64,000 nt of DNA, from assembly GCF_009914755.1 (NCBI RefSeq), contig NC_060947.1. One strand, given 5' to 3'. This stretch comes from the human T2T-CHM13v2.0 reference genome, Homo sapiens. Shown here piece by piece: positions 1 through 14,490 of this stretch. The notes below the pieces were generated by a model. That model was not told where the DNA came from. It did no database searches and saw only the letters and a program-made list of their open reading frames with translations. Position 1 is the first letter of the stretch, and the number at the start of each line of letters is the position of its first letter. Position numbers and translations under genes: made by a program.

Positions 1-154
1 CAACGTGGCCACCGCCCCGGGGTCCACCTGCTCAGCTCTCCAGCTTTGCAGGCGGCCCACGGCAAAATTTCATGTGTTCCTTGTATACAAGTGACATCCC
101 AGATTATAATTCTCTGCTAAGATTTAAGTAAAATTTAAGAATTTAAAATACCTC

Positions 155-2660
155 TTTCTGATAATGGCCACAGCTGTTATGTCTCTCCTACCCCTAATGC
201 AACTCTCTCCAAATCCAATTTAAGTAAAACAGTAACCTCTGAAAGGAGAGAAATTACAGAAAGCCCACAACTGCGGCAATTCTTCAAGATTGGCCTATAA
301 TCATTATTGACTTAAAAGACTGCTTTTATACGATTCCCCTAGCAGAACAGGACAGAGAAAAATTTGCATTTACAATACCAGCTATCAATAATGACAAGCC
401 AGCTTGTCAATTTCATTGGAAAGTGCTTCCTGAAGGAATGCTAAACAGTCCTACCATGTGTCAGTATCATGTAAATCAAGCTTTGCTCTCTAGTAGAAAA
501 GAGTTTTCTGATTGCAAGATTATTCATTTTATGGATCATATTGTACTAGCAGCCCCAATGGAGCCAATGCTTTTAAATTTATACACCTCTGTTGTAAAGA
601 ATACACAGCTAAGAGGTTTAATCATTGCACCTGAGAAAGTACAGATGTCTTCTCCTTGGAGATATCTTGGGTACATACTAACTTCCTGGTCAGTAAGACC
701 TCAAAAGGTTAAATTAAATACTAGCAACTTACACACCTTAAATGATTATCAGAAATTACTAGGCGATATTACTTGGCTCCGCCCCACCTTAGGCATATCT
801 ACCGATAAGCTGCAAAACCTGTTTTCTATCTTAAAGGGCAATCCAGCTGTGGATTCTCCCAGATATTTAACCCCTCCAGCAAAAAGGGAAACCAAGGTAA
901 TAGAGCAAACCGTCTCTCAGAGGCAGCTAGATCACGTTGATCGATGGTATTCAATTCAATTGTTTATTTTTCCCACTAAAGACTCCCATACAGGATTAAT
1001 AGGACAGATGGCCCCCGGGCTACACTTCCTAGAATGGGTTTTTTGCTCACATACCGGGACTAAAACACTATCTCCCTATATTTGGTTACTTACTAAAGTC
1101 ATCTATTCAGGCCACAAATGATGCAATCAGTTACTAGGTTATGACCCTGATGTCATCAGGATTCCTTTAAGTAAAACACAATTCGAAGCAGTATTGCCAG
1201 TATCTATCGATCTGCAAATAGCTTTCTCTGATTACACAGGACAAATAAAACATGTCCTCCCTGCTGATAAAATCCTTAATTTCTTATCTCATACTCTGGT
1301 AATCTTGTTCACAAAAATAGTTCACTCCCCCATACCTAATGCTTTAACACTGTTTACTGATGGTTCTGGTAAACATGGAAAAGCAGCAGTCTGGTAGGGA
1401 CCACATAATTCAATCACTCAATCTGGGTTTGCTAGCACTCCAAGAGCTGAGACTGGGGCTCTGATATTGGCCTTGGAAACTTTTTCCACTCAGCCCATAA
1501 ATATTGTGAGTGACTCAGCTTACTCTGTTTATTTATTGCAGAACCTTGAAACAGCCTTAATTAAGTCCACTCTCGAGCCCACCCTGTGTGCTCTTTTTCT
1601 TTGACTTCAGCAATTGCTAGATCAATGTACACATCCTATTTTTATCACACACATTCGAGCCCACAGCTCTCTGCCTTGCCCATTATTTTATGGCGATAAT
1701 CAAGTAGACCTTCAGATTATCACATCACTGCTTGACCAAGCCACACAATTGCATCAATTTTTCCACCAAAATTGGAGAAACTTATCTAAACAGTTTCAAC
1801 TTACCCAGAGGCTGGGTAAACAAATTATTCTACAATGCCCAGATTGCCAGCTCACAGGCAAGTCCCCTCCTTCCACAGGTGTTAATCCTAGAGGACTAGA
1901 ACCTAATCAATTATGGCAAACAGATGTTACACACATCCCTGAATTTGGAAAACTTAGATATGTACATGTATCCATTGATACCAATTCTCACTTAATTAGT
2001 GCCCATGCTTTGCCTGGATAATCAACCCGGTATGTCATTAAACATCTTCTAACTTTTGCGTTTATGGGACGGCCCACAAAAATTAAAACTGATAATGGTC
2101 CAGCTTATGCCAGCTCACAATTTCAACAATTTTGTCACATGTGGAATATACAACATTCCACAGACATCCCACATAACCCCTAAGGACAGGCCATAGAAGA
2201 ATGTGCCCACTCCACACTTAAAAATATGCTCAAAAAACAGAAAAGGGAGAGTATGGGTAAAGACCCTGCAACACTATTGGCACAAGCCTTATTTACCCTT
2301 AATTTTCTAAATTTAGATGACAAATTTCAATCAGCTGTAGAAAAGTGCTTTGCTAAAACCACTCAAAGCATAAAACCTTCAGTTTTATGGAAAGATGTGA
2401 ACAGTAACGTATGGTGTGGTCCAAGTGAATTATTAACATAGGGAAGAGGGTATGCTTGTGTTCACACCCCCTCAGGTCCCCTGTGGATTCCAGCACGACA
2501 CATCAAACCATACCATGGTGTGGCTAGGACCCAACCTGATAGCAGAGATGAAGGAACCAACCCTACCGGACCCGCAGCCCTGGACGATGCAGCTTCCACG
2601 GACGACACAAGCCCCGGATGTTACCCGGGGGATGCCGAAGAGGACAACTCAGGAGGCTGA
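155..2660 (+). pseudogene. pol: Retroviral pol pseudogene (RT-RNase H-integrase) with stops, frameshifts and an RT deletion near 270
   Basis: RT: IIDLKDCFYTIPL, WKVLPEGMLNSPTMCQ, catalytic motif read as FMDH (528-539), YLGY. RNase H: LFTDGS. Integrase: HQFFH..CPDC zinc finger, WQTDVTH, TDNGPAY, GRGYACV. Confidence 0.93.
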
Positions 2661-3014
2661 ACAAATTCTGCTTCAGACACAGACACCATTTACTCCAGGT
2701 AATTTGCTCCTTGCTATGCTTTCTGTTGTACATTGCAACTCACGTAGGGTATTGATCCTTTTTATGCTCTCGCTTTGTCTGCCACCTGCACCTGCTACAC
2801 TCTATTGGGCTCATTAGATCTGCCTTTCTTTTGCCCTGTCACCTGGGCAGACACCGCCTTCCCAGCCTATAATAATGTGACTGCTTGGCTAGGAGGGATA
2901 GATTTACCCCCAGTGGGTCCCTCAATAATGGCACACATTGGACTAAGGTACCAGATAACACTACATATCACCACTATCCTCCCACTGTGTGTAAGTTATA
3001 AAGGCTCTAACCCT

Positions 3015-3706
<692 letters not shown>

Positions 3707-5112
3707 TAGCCTAAAACCAGGTAATGCAATAAATGCTGCTTTCCCAAACATTCTTTCCTGTGTTAAAGGACAAAGCCGGGAAAGTAATTGATTTCACTTT
3801 AGCTAGGAGGTCTGTCATGGGGGACAAGCCTGTAGCCTCCAGTTAGGCAATTATAACATTTTAGACTGAAGCCCCCACGGCCATTTGCAGGGCAGCCTTA
3901 CTAATGTCCTCATCCATCATGGCATCAATCACAGTTTTGTAGCCACGTCCTGTTCCCCTATGATTTGGGCCAATGAGGGGATGGGATATCCCAGACCCCA
4001 AGTAAAATCCATGCCACCCCAAGATATTTTATGGCTCCTGGGACATCTTGGCACCTCCATTGACACCTGGCATGGGACATATCATAATTCCAGTAACAAC
4101 TATACTATAACCTTTATTCATAATCACACTGATTATGAATTTGATTATGATTATGCCTAATTTGTACTACCCATCCATATGTTTCCTTATGGGAACCAAT
4201 ATTTCCATTACACCCCAAAACTCCGCGTTTGTGACCCAGGTGCAGGGACAGGCTTGGTTTGTGTTATATATCACTAATTACAATATATCTGATCTAAATG
4301 TTACTAGTGTCATGGTATTAAGGAGACAATCTGAGGCATTCCTACCAATTTGACACATGATTAGCAAGGTTCCTCTGCCCTTGCCACCTTAGAACATGCT
4401 CTATACCAGGTCAGACACAAAAGATTCATAGTTACACTTACAGCCTTTATAGTCTTTATAGTCTATAGTCTTTATAGCCTCAGCCATAGTCATCCTGGCG
4501 ACTGTTAGTATTGCTGTGGCATCTGTTACTGAGTCAGTACAAACAGCTGCCTTTGTACATACTCTGGCCAAAATGGGTCTAATTAACTTCTCTTACAGCA
4601 GGGTATAGATCAAAAAATTCTTGCACGTCTGCAAGCCCTCGAGGCTGCTTCGGAATATGTGGGGGAGCAACAAGATGCCCTGGCATTCCAACAGCAATTA
4701 AACTGTGACTGGGAGCATAAACATATCTGTGTCACTTCTCTATGATGGAATCAATCGATACCTAGTTGGGATGAGGTGAAACAACACTTCTGGGGAACCT
4801 TTCATGATAATTTAACAGCAGACATAAAGCAACTTAAAACTAAAATTTTAGAATTCCTTCACACTATAGATCTACACACCCAACAAACGGCCATATGGAA
4901 GGATGTGCAAGATCACCTCTCCGGGTTAGACCCCCACTCCTGGGGTCACTCTTTGATTGGAAAAGAATGTTGCTAATTATACTTATGATTGTCTTATTTT
5001 ATTTACTAATTCTAGGATGCAAAGCCAGAATAAGAGCAATGACCACCACGCCTGACAAACCTGCTGCTGCATACATCTGTGCTCTCCAATCAATAAGACC
5101 TGATGCAGAAAA

Positions 5113-5127
5113 CAGAAAAGGGGAAGA
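5113..5127 (+). promoter_or_regulatory. Retroviral polypurine tract
   Basis: agaaaaggggaaga directly before the LTR. Confidence 0.8.
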
Positions 5128-5606
5128 GTTAGGGATTCAGTCAGGATGGTGGGAAAATTTGTAAAATAAACCTTCTTGGAGGGCCAGAAGGTTTTTGCAA
5201 AAGCTTCAGGATAGAGTTAATGGCTGAAGGCAGCCTAATCCTCTTTGAGCTATAACAAGGGTAACTAACATAGGAATGTAGAGGAGTCTATCTAAATAGC
5301 TTGTTTGCTCATGTGGTCCTAAGACTGACTTTTGACCATCCACGGGTGCATGATTGCTCTCTATTCAGGGGTTGGCAATGGTAATTACCTTCTAGTGGTG
5401 TTTATTGAGACTTTTGTCATTTAATGTGGGCTGAATAAATGCTGGAAAGGCCAGCAAGTTGGAGCCACGGTTGCAACTCTTTACAACACTCTCCTGGGAG
5501 TCTGTAAGTGGCCCAGACCCTCAGCCAGACTGACAAGCATAATATCTGTGTCAGTGTACATTATTCATCAATCGTTGGGTTAGGGTCTGTGGGACGGACC
5601 CCCACA
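5127..5606 (+). mobile_element. 3' LTR (LTR22-like)
   Basis: Starts gttagggattcagtcaggatggtggg, has AATAAA at 5434-5439, ends gggacggacccccaCA. Confidence 0.85.
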
Positions 5607-5966
5607 CTCCCTCTTTCCTATTATTTATGTAAAAGTGCACATTCAGTGAGCCAGACTGAATTCTGTATTCAATGGAAGACTGATCAAGGACTCAAAAGAA
5701 TTCAACCTTTTTCCCTTATCTACTTCTAACCCAGAAGCTCCTGCTTGGAGTTGTCCCACCTTACCAGACCACTTAACGTACCTCTTACACATATTGATTG
5801 ATGTTTCATATCTCCCTAAAATGTATGAAAACCAACTGTACCCCTGACCACCTTGGGCACATGTCTCAGGGATTCCTGAGGCTTTGTCACAGGCAGGCAC
5901 ATCCTTAACCTTGGCAACATAAACTTTCTAAATTGACAGACATGTCTCAGATATTTTGCATTCACA
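5607..5966 (+). mobile_element. MER4-family ERV1 LTR, 3' half (host of the provirus)
   Basis: catattgattgatgtttcatatctccctaaaatgtat...gaccaccttgggcacatgtc...aaactttctaaattga, ending cattcaCA. Confidence 0.8.
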
Positions 5967-6666
5967 TTTGTAATTAGTACAAGGGTCTGATTTTTAAAAA
6001 TTTAACATTTGAAATATAATCATAGCCAACAGTGGAAAATAATTGCAGTATCAAAATAACAATTACTAAGACCGAGGTTTGTAATAGAATATTCTCTATT
6101 ATATTCTAACTTCAATTTCAGTTTTTCTCATTCTCTTTTTATTCTCCAATGTCTGAACTATTTCTAATGTTCTTTGTTGGAAATCATTTATCAGTTTAAC
6201 GAACACATTCAAGGAAGGCTAAGCATAGAGGAGGAGTATGGAAGATTTGATTCTTTTATTGCACACACAGTATAACTACCCATCTCTCATATAGCTGACA
6301 CACACACTTCAAACATTAAATTAACTAGAAAGAAAACCTCATTCTGAACTCTGATTTTCCATACATAGCAAGCAGCCTGTGAAATACCTTAAATTTTATG
6401 TCCAAATCCATTACACACTGTGGAGAGGAGGATAGCAAATGCATGGTTGAACATATGCTCGTAGACAGCTTCCATATTTTGTTAAATTCATAGCTGAATT
6501 GATCCACAGGATTCAAGGCCAGACACTGAGTATATTAAAAAGTGTGGCATAGTTGGGAATGGAATTGTATTCTGGATTAAATTGCAACATTGGAAAAAAG
6601 CTCAGAAACAGAAGCATTTTCTATTTTGTAATCTTTCTACTATTTATGTGAATTTAAGTATGTGGA

Positions 6667-6779
6667 GCCCACTGACTCAAATGTTAATCTCTTTTGGCCA
6701 CACCCTCACAGACACACCCAGAATCAATACTTTGTATCCTTCAGTCCAATCAAGTTGACACTCAGTATTAATAATCACA
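6667..6779 (-). mobile_element. MLT2 (ERVL LTR) 5' fragment
   Basis: gcccactgactcaaatgttaatctc...caagttgacactcagtattaa is the reverse complement of the LTR start seen at 61078 and 62940. Confidence 0.85.
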
Positions 6780-8329
6780 AGCATTTATTAAACTCTTCAA
6801 TCTTTTTCTTATTTTCTTCATACTTTAACAAGTTTCAGTGATATAGGGAGTTTTTATTTTTTGTCTTAACAAAGGACCATATATGACTATCTAAAAGTCA
6901 GCATCAGGAAGTTAATGGCAATGAACTAGAATAAAATTAAATGTCACCACATCTTATATTTTCTCAAACTTCTTAAGTAGATAAGACATGTTCAGAAAGC
7001 TGTAAAATGTGCCCTTTACTTACAAGGAAAAGGTCACTTCTGTGCAAATTGTAATAGGTTACTCATAAATGATTATATCAGTGACCAAAATACGATGTCT
7101 TGCATGCATTAAATACTGCTAACAATTACTTTGGCCTTGACTAATGATTTTTTTTTTTTGGTATCACATATGTAGTATCTTAAAGCACTTAAAGATTACA
7201 TAAGTGAATATAAATTCGTAAACCAATTAAAATAATTCTTAAAGTCAACAAAATCATATTTTGGTTTACCTATACAGCTTATCTTTCAAGTGTACATATT
7301 TAACTTTGCATGACTATGGACCTGAAAATTATTATACTGAGGAGACATACACCACCTTTGGACAACAACAGATGTGAAGGACAGTTGGGAAGTATACATA
7401 GAAATGTTACAATAGCATGCTTTTTAAAATACATTATTCTGAAATATATATATCTATATTGCAAAGCAGCTGTCATGAAAGGGCAGCTTGAAACTACATG
7501 TACATCCTCAGCTACAGAAAGAATTTAAAGCTGATTTTTTTTTGTGCTATAATGACTGCAGTGGAGGCAGGAGCATTAATGGGTCATTAGAATCATCCTC
7601 ACTCCTGTATCTTTAGTTTTTGTTTTAAAACCGTCTACTGATTATTTTAAAGCTTTCTGAATATATTATTTAGAGCTTTTTCTTATGCTCATGGAAAATA
7701 TCCAACTTCCTACTGATAAAAAAAATATTTCAAGGTCTTTCAAATGATAAAATACAGCTCATAAATGTACATATTAGTCACTAGGATTGCAGCAAAAATA
7801 GAAGGCATCAAGTCATAAACCCTGGATATTTTTATGGTAAGCTAATGACAAACATTATTGGCTGTAAGTCCTCACATACTCCTAAAGAAGTAGTTTTTAA
7901 ACCCAGAGCATTTGTGTGATTATAAAAACAAGTTCTGATTCCACTAAATTGGAAATGGCTAATGGCCACTACAGTTCATAAATACAATTCCTGTCCATAT
8001 CCCCAAAGCATCTCCTACAAAGAAATAATCTGATATTGAATTAAAATATCAGAGGTTCATGAGGTTAAAAATAAAAGCACAGTAACACATGGCATCATTT
8101 GGTTACTACTCAGCTTGTCTAAGAGGTTAGATGCCAACTTTTGAACAAAATTACCTGTATGGAAAGCAGCACATCTTAATCTTTGAATAAAATTTTGTAC
8201 AATGTGTTGAGAGTATTTTTGAATCTTTATTTTTACAATGCTTTAAAAATACAGAGGTTTTTGACATACTCTTTCCTGTTTTCCTCTCCATTAGTACAAA
8301 GAACTCAGACAAGTTCTCATCCTGTAACT

Positions 8330-9005
8330 TGAAAATCATCAGTGATTTCTAATTACCTACAGAATAATGTCCCATTTCCTTAGGTTGTCATACATCTTCA
8401 CTCATCATCTGAGCCTAAAAAACCTTTTTTAGAAAAAGCCTTAAGTATATATGGCATTATTTGCTATAACCGAATAATTACTTCTCCTCAGTCACACCAT
8501 TCATTTTTATCTTTGTATAATTTTGCTCACGTTATCCTTTCTGCCTGGAATGCTCTTTCTACCACTTTTCTCCTGGAAGTATCCTTTCTTACTTTTAAGA
8601 CTTATACAAATATAACTTTCTCTGTGAAACATTTCAAATTACTTTTAAAATTGTATTTATTTATGTATTAAACAAATATTTATTGAATGGTTACAATGAG
8701 ACAGGCACTTGTCTATGGGTGATATTTTTTGAACATGAAATAAATAGTTTTTGCTCTCAAGGAGTAGACAAGAAAGTAGACAAGAAGAAATTAATCACTT
8801 TCTTCTCTTTACTCCCATAGGTGTTTGTTCATGTTAATATTAGTTACTATAATCTTTGGTGTTTGCTTCTGTCTTCTTCATTAGTATGTGAACACCTTAG
8901 GCGGGTCAGAAGAAATGCAGTATTCCTTTTTGAATTCCCACCGAATTATTCAGTAACTACTCATAATGGTTTCTGGGTGAAGGACTGTAAAATTAATGAA
9001 TAAAA
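8330..9005. mobile_element. Cluster of ancient L2 fragments in both orientations
   Basis: ttctgcctggaatgctctt (+), aacaaatatttattgaatg...caggcact (-), and a 3'-end-like aatgaataaa. Confidence 0.55.
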
Positions 9006-9227
9006 ATTTGATAATAAATATTTACCTGAAGTAGATTAGGTTACTCTCACAAATTCAGTTAACCTAATATATTCAATAAGGTCACATTAAAGCAAGTATC
9101 AACAAGATTATATAGACCTGAACTAAAAAGAATATTATGTCTTATCTTAGATTCCACCATAGTGCCTAGAATAGTTTGCAGAATCAAGGGCTAAATAAAA
9201 TTTGATTGAATGATAAGAAAATTTATT

Positions 9228-10322
9228 ATTTTCCATTTTTAAACAATTTCATTTATTTACATTTTTTTTTATTTTACTCTAAGTTCTGGGATACACATGC
9301 TGAACATGCAGGTTTGTTATGTAGGTATACATGTGCCATTGTGGTTTGCTGCACATATCAACCTGTCATCTAGGTTTTAAGCCCCACGTGCATTAAGTAT
9401 TTGTCCTAATGCTCTCTCTCCACTTTCCCCCCTACCCCTTGACAGGCCCCAGTGTGTGATGTTCCCCTCCTTGTGTCCATGTATTCTCATTGTTCAACTC
9501 CCACTTATGAGTGAGAACATGCAGTGTTTGGTTTTCTGTTCCTGTGTTAGTTTGCTGAGGATGATGGTTTCCAGCTTCATCCATGTCCCTGCAAAAAAAA
9601 CCACGAACTCTTTCCTTTGTATGGCTGCATAGTATTCCATTGTCTATATATGCCACATTTTCTTATCCATTCTATCATTGATGGGCATTTTGGTTGGTTC
9701 CAAGTCCTTGCTATTATAAACAGTGCTGCAATAAACATATGTGTGCATGTGTCTTTATAGCAGAATGATTTATAATCCTTTGGATGTATACCCAGCAATG
9801 GGATTGCTAGGTCAAATGGTATTTTTAGCTCTACATCCTTGAGGAATCACCACACTGTCTTCCACAATGGTTGAACTAATTTACACTCCCACCAACAATG
9901 TAAAAGTGTTCCTATTTCTCCATATCCTTGCCAGCCTCTGTTGTTTCCAGACTTTTTAATGATCGCCATTCTAACTGGTGTGAGATGGCATTTCATTGTG
10001 GTTTTGATTTGCATTTCTCTAATGTTGAGTGATGGTGAGCTTTGTTTATATGTTTTTTGGCCACATAAATGTCTTCTTTTGAGTAGTGTTCATGTCCTTT
10101 GCCCACTTTTTGATGGGGTTGTTTGTTTTTTCTTGTAAATTTAAGTTCCTTGGAGATTCTGGATATTACACCTTTGTCAGATGGATAAATTGCAAAAATG
10201 TTCTCCCATTCTGTAGGTTGTCTGTTCACTCTGATGATAGTTTCTTTTGCTGAGCAGAAACTCTTTAGTTTAATTAGACCCCATTTTTGTCAGTTTTGGC
10301 TTTTGTTACAATTGCTTGTGGT
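9228..10322 (-). mobile_element. 5'-truncated L1PA (PA8-like), about 1.1 kb
   Basis: Reverse L1 3'UTR and ORF2 end. TSD AGAAAATTTATT at 9216-9227 and 10323-10334. Confidence 0.93.
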
Positions 10323-10982
10323 AGAAAATTTATTTTCTTAGGATAGAGTTTCATAACAGGGAAGTAAACTTTTAGGTCAAAGTAAGAAATTTTCCTCAAA
10401 TTATTGTTCCCCTTGTAATTCATTTTCTGCATAGTATTTCCTTTAAAATATTATGGATTAATCTCAATTTAACTTGAAGAAAATATAACAAATGTATGAA
10501 TAGTTTCAAAAAATGAAAAAAATGACAAAATTTTATGGCACATTTTATAAAATACAAACATTAAAATGCTCATCAATTCTCTAGTGAATATTCAAGGAAA
10601 AAATGCTGTTATTGTAAAAGAAAGAAGGGGAAAATTAAGATATGTGGTATTTTCTTCAATAATCCAATCATGATTTTCTGAGTTTTTAAAATGGCATCCT
10701 TACACCACTTTCTCAATTTTCTTATAATATTCAGGAGACACAAAAATAGATAAAAAAACATTAGCTCCTTTTTCAAAAACCTAAACAAGGCTGATATACT
10801 ACCTAGTAGTAGAGTTGGAAAGGAATGTTTACTCACAACAAGAGCAAAAGAGCTGAAACAAATTTCACAATGAGCAATATAAATAGCAGTCTTGCCAGAC
10901 AGATGGATATTCAGAGTATTATTCTCGGAAACACAGCTCACCCTTAGAACTGTTTTTTTATTTACTCTCAAGAAAATACAAC

Positions 10983-11351
10983 TGCGTTTGTCAGTTCAGA
11001 CTTCTATGACAAAACATGTTATACTGGGTAATTTATAAACAACAGAAATTTATTTATCACAGTGCTGAAGGCTGGAAAGTACAAGATCAAGGCTCCAGAA
11101 AATTTGGTGTCTGGTGAGGGCCCATTCCCCACAGATGACACATTCTTGCTCTGTCCTCACATAGTGGATGAGCAAAAAAGGGCTAGCAAGCTTCCTCAAG
11201 CCATTTTGGTAAAGGCACAAATCCCATTCATGAGGACTCCAGCCTCATGACCTAATTATCTTCCAAAGACCCACCTCTTAAAATCATCATCTTAAGGATT
11301 AGGTTTCAACATGTGAAATTTGGAGAGACACATACATTGAAACCATACTAA
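10983..11351 (-). mobile_element. MaLR solo LTR (MLT1A/MSTD-like)
   Basis: ctgggtaatttataaacaacagaaatttattt...caagatcaagg...ctcatgacctaat...aaaccatac. Confidence 0.85.
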
Positions 11352-12225
11352 CAACTATCTCTCCCTCTATTCCTAATGCAGCTTGAAGCCAAATGAATAA
11401 TGGTAGCAGTATATTGCATACTAGAAAGCGCAGAAAAGTACATAGACAAAAAAGAATTCTCTGTTGGTTTGTAGGTACTGACCAATGGACCATCTAGAGT
11501 TTATGCTAAAAATTTAAGATATTTTCAGAAACTCCCCAGGATTAGAGTGTTATAGAATGTTTAAACAGTTGTCATAGATAAATAATTTTAACATAGTAGA
11601 AATTGAAATATAATATAGTCATATCAACTTTCTTCATCTGTTGTTTTGGGAAAAAAATACCAATACAGTCAGTATCTAAGAGTAAGCACAGTAGCTCCTC
11701 ATGTTTCTTACTGAGCAGTCAAGAATTTAAGCATTGTATCTGTGAAAAAAGAATGTGCCATGAAAACCTGTAAAGTGTTCCTTCTCAATCATGAAACTCA
11801 TTGAATGAAGAATTCTGATTTTCCACTTCTATTAAAATTATATGACATTACTTGGGCCAATTCAAATGATATTATCTCATGGAAAACACTGCATACATCT
11901 CTCTTATGATTCCAGGATACTTTAGCAGGAACAAAAAAGTCTTATAAGGATTCTTTGAAATATATGGTGGGCCTAGGGAAATGAACCTGCTTCTGAAGTC
12001 TTGCTTAACACATCGTCCTGAAATTATTCATAGAAGTATAACTACTAAAAAGAAATCTGACTGGTATTACCAATGAGACATTGGAAAACATGCCCTCCAT
12101 GAAAAAGAAAAAGCAAGTCATAAATGTAAGATAAACATCCTTAAGCTGCCAAAAAATAAAAATTAAACGAGTGAGTAGTTTCTATGCAGATCAAGAAAAT
12201 GGGTATTCAACTTAAGAATTATAGT

Positions 12226-14490
12226 CCCACCTTATTCTTTTGCAGCAGTGATGGTGGCAGCAGCAGTTAGCAGTGCCAACTTGAGGCTGCACCCCAGGAA
12301 ACCTCCAAGGTGGTGATCAGCTGAGACGGTTCTAAGTTCCCCGAAGGGGTGTGTTTAGTTAGGATGAGATGTGGTGAGGTTGGATCAGCCAGTGGCCATG
12401 GAAACCCCCACGCACATGTCCCCCACACTCATCCCTTTTGTTTTGAAGTCTGCCCCTCTAAGAGCAGAGGCAGTGAGGGTATGTATGTGCCTCACAATAG
12501 TCCACATAAGGAGAGCACTGGGGACTGATTCCCAGCATCACCTTCTGGTCTTCCCTCCAGAGAAAACAGGAAAACTAGCATGAGCTACCAAGAACTAGCA
12601 AGTGCTTAAACAACAGACACCTGGCTCAAATTGGAAGGCTTTTCATTTGTCTATTGCTTCATTCCGGAAACTGTGATGGCACCATCTGACTAAGAAAAAA
12701 CAAAAACAAAAACTTCTGAAAGAGAGAAAACAAAAAAAACCCAGAATTCCTAATAAAACAATGGTGGATTAGAGGCTTTGGGCATGCCCCAGCCACTTGG
12801 AAATAGCAAAATAGTGCATAATTATCAACTCTTTGAGATTTCATTCAAGAAGGAAAATGGGAATCCAATGTAACAGTGAAGGGCAATCCAGATATTGGGA
12901 AGTAGAAGGTGGGCAAACACTCCCTGCAATGGCATCTAGCTGATAAAAGTCTGGGGTGGGAGGAAAGCTTCTGCAGCCATGGTTCCTCCTGGGTTACCAG
13001 CTTGGTGATGTGGATCTGGTCTGAATGTGTTATTGCTGCAATCACATTATCTGACTTCACACTATATTATAAGGTTATAATTTAAAAAATTAGCACGATA
13101 CTGGCACAAAAACAGACACATAAACCAATGAAACATAAGAGAGAACCCAGGTAAAGTTGCACACCTACAGCCATCTGATCTTCAAGAAAGTTAAGAAAAA
13201 TATGCAATGGGGAAAGGACTCCCTATTCAACAAAGGGGGCTTGGGTAACTGGTTAGCCATATGCAGAAGAATAACACTAGACCCCTGCATTTCAGCACAT
13301 ACAAAAATTAACTCAAGATCGATGAAGGATTCAAATGTAAGTTCTCAAGCTATAACGATCCTGGAAGAAAACCTGGTTTCCTAGTTTCCATTTTGTACAC
13401 TGGTCCTGGCAAATAACTTAGGACTAATTTCTCAAAAGCAATTGCAGCAAAAACAAAAATGAACAAGTGGAATCTAATTAAACTAAGGGGCTTCTGCACA
13501 GCAAAATAAACTAACAACAGAGTAAAAATACAACCTACAGAAGAGGAGAAAATATTCACAAAATACTCATCAGAAAAAATCTATTATTCAGAATCTATAA
13601 TGAACTTAAACAATTTAACATGCAAAAAACAGCCCCATTAAAAAGGACAAAGGATATGAACTGCCACCTTTCAAAAGAAGACATAAAAGCAGCTAACAAA
13701 GATTTGAAAAATGCTCAACATCCCTAATTATCAGAGAAATGCAAGTCAAAACCACAATGAGATACCATCTCACAGCAGTCAGAATGACTATTATTAAAAA
13801 GTGAAAAAAAAAAATAACTGATACTGGCAAGGCTGTAGATAATAGGGAGCACTTATGCACTGTTGAAGAGAATGTAAATTAGTTCAGCCACTGTGGAAAG
13901 AAGTTGTGAAATTTCACAAAGAACTCAAAGCAGAACTCCCATTCAACCCAGCAATGTCATTACTGGGTATATACCCAAAGGAAAAGTATCATTCTACCAA
14001 AAAGATACACATACTCACATGTTCGTTGCAGTGCTATTCACAATAGCAAAGACATGGAGTAAAAGCACAAGTGCCCATCAATGGTGGATTGGATAAAAAA
14101 TGTGGTACATACACACCCCTGAATAGTATGAAACCATTAAAAATAACAAAATCATGTCATTTGCATGAACATGGATGTAGCTGGAGGCCATTATCCTAAG
14201 TGAATTAATACAGGAACAGAAAATCATACCACATGTCCTCACTTATAAGTGATATCTTATCACTGGGAACAAATACACATAAATATGGAAACTATAGACA
14301 CAGGAGACTATAAAAGCAGGAAGAGAGGGAACAGGCTAAGGTCTGAGAAACTACCTACTTAGTACTATGTTTAGTACTTGGGTGTTGGGGTCATTCATAC
14401 CTCACACCTCAGTGGCACACAACATACCCAGGTAACAAACCTGCACATTTACACCCTGAATTAGAAATAAAACTTGAAATTATTTTTAAA
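12226..14490 (+). mobile_element. Composite old primate L1 (PA15/16-like): rearranged 5'UTR-like pieces joined to an ORF2 3' end and 3'UTR (13040-14490)
   Basis: ORF2 remnants ([19 protein letters not shown]) and a 3' end acaaacctgcacatttacaccctgaattagaaataaaacttgaaatt. Imperfect flanking repeat aagaattatagt/aggaattacagt. Confidence 0.75.

Noticed and set aside
1-10. caacgtggcc as the tail of a tRNA-Lys primer binding site
   Set aside because: The match is too short, is cut by the window edge, and no 5' LTR is visible.
423-1121. 232-aa ORF as a functional reverse transcriptase
   Set aside because: It is a pol fragment with no ATG start, an upstream deletion, an FMDH motif and a premature stop.
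6389-6419. Minus-strand ~30-nt microexon (ctcctctccacAG..AAG|gtattt, CVMDLDIKFK)
   Set aside because: Weak donor, no recognisable homology, expected by chance.
8155-8321. Minus-strand open frame ending CAG|GTAATT
   Set aside because: Poor acceptor and low-complexity peptide, with no other support.
10609-10971. 120-aa minus-strand ORF in unique DNA
   Set aside because: Non-ATG start, F/L/K-rich composition typical of AT-rich non-coding DNA, no motif.
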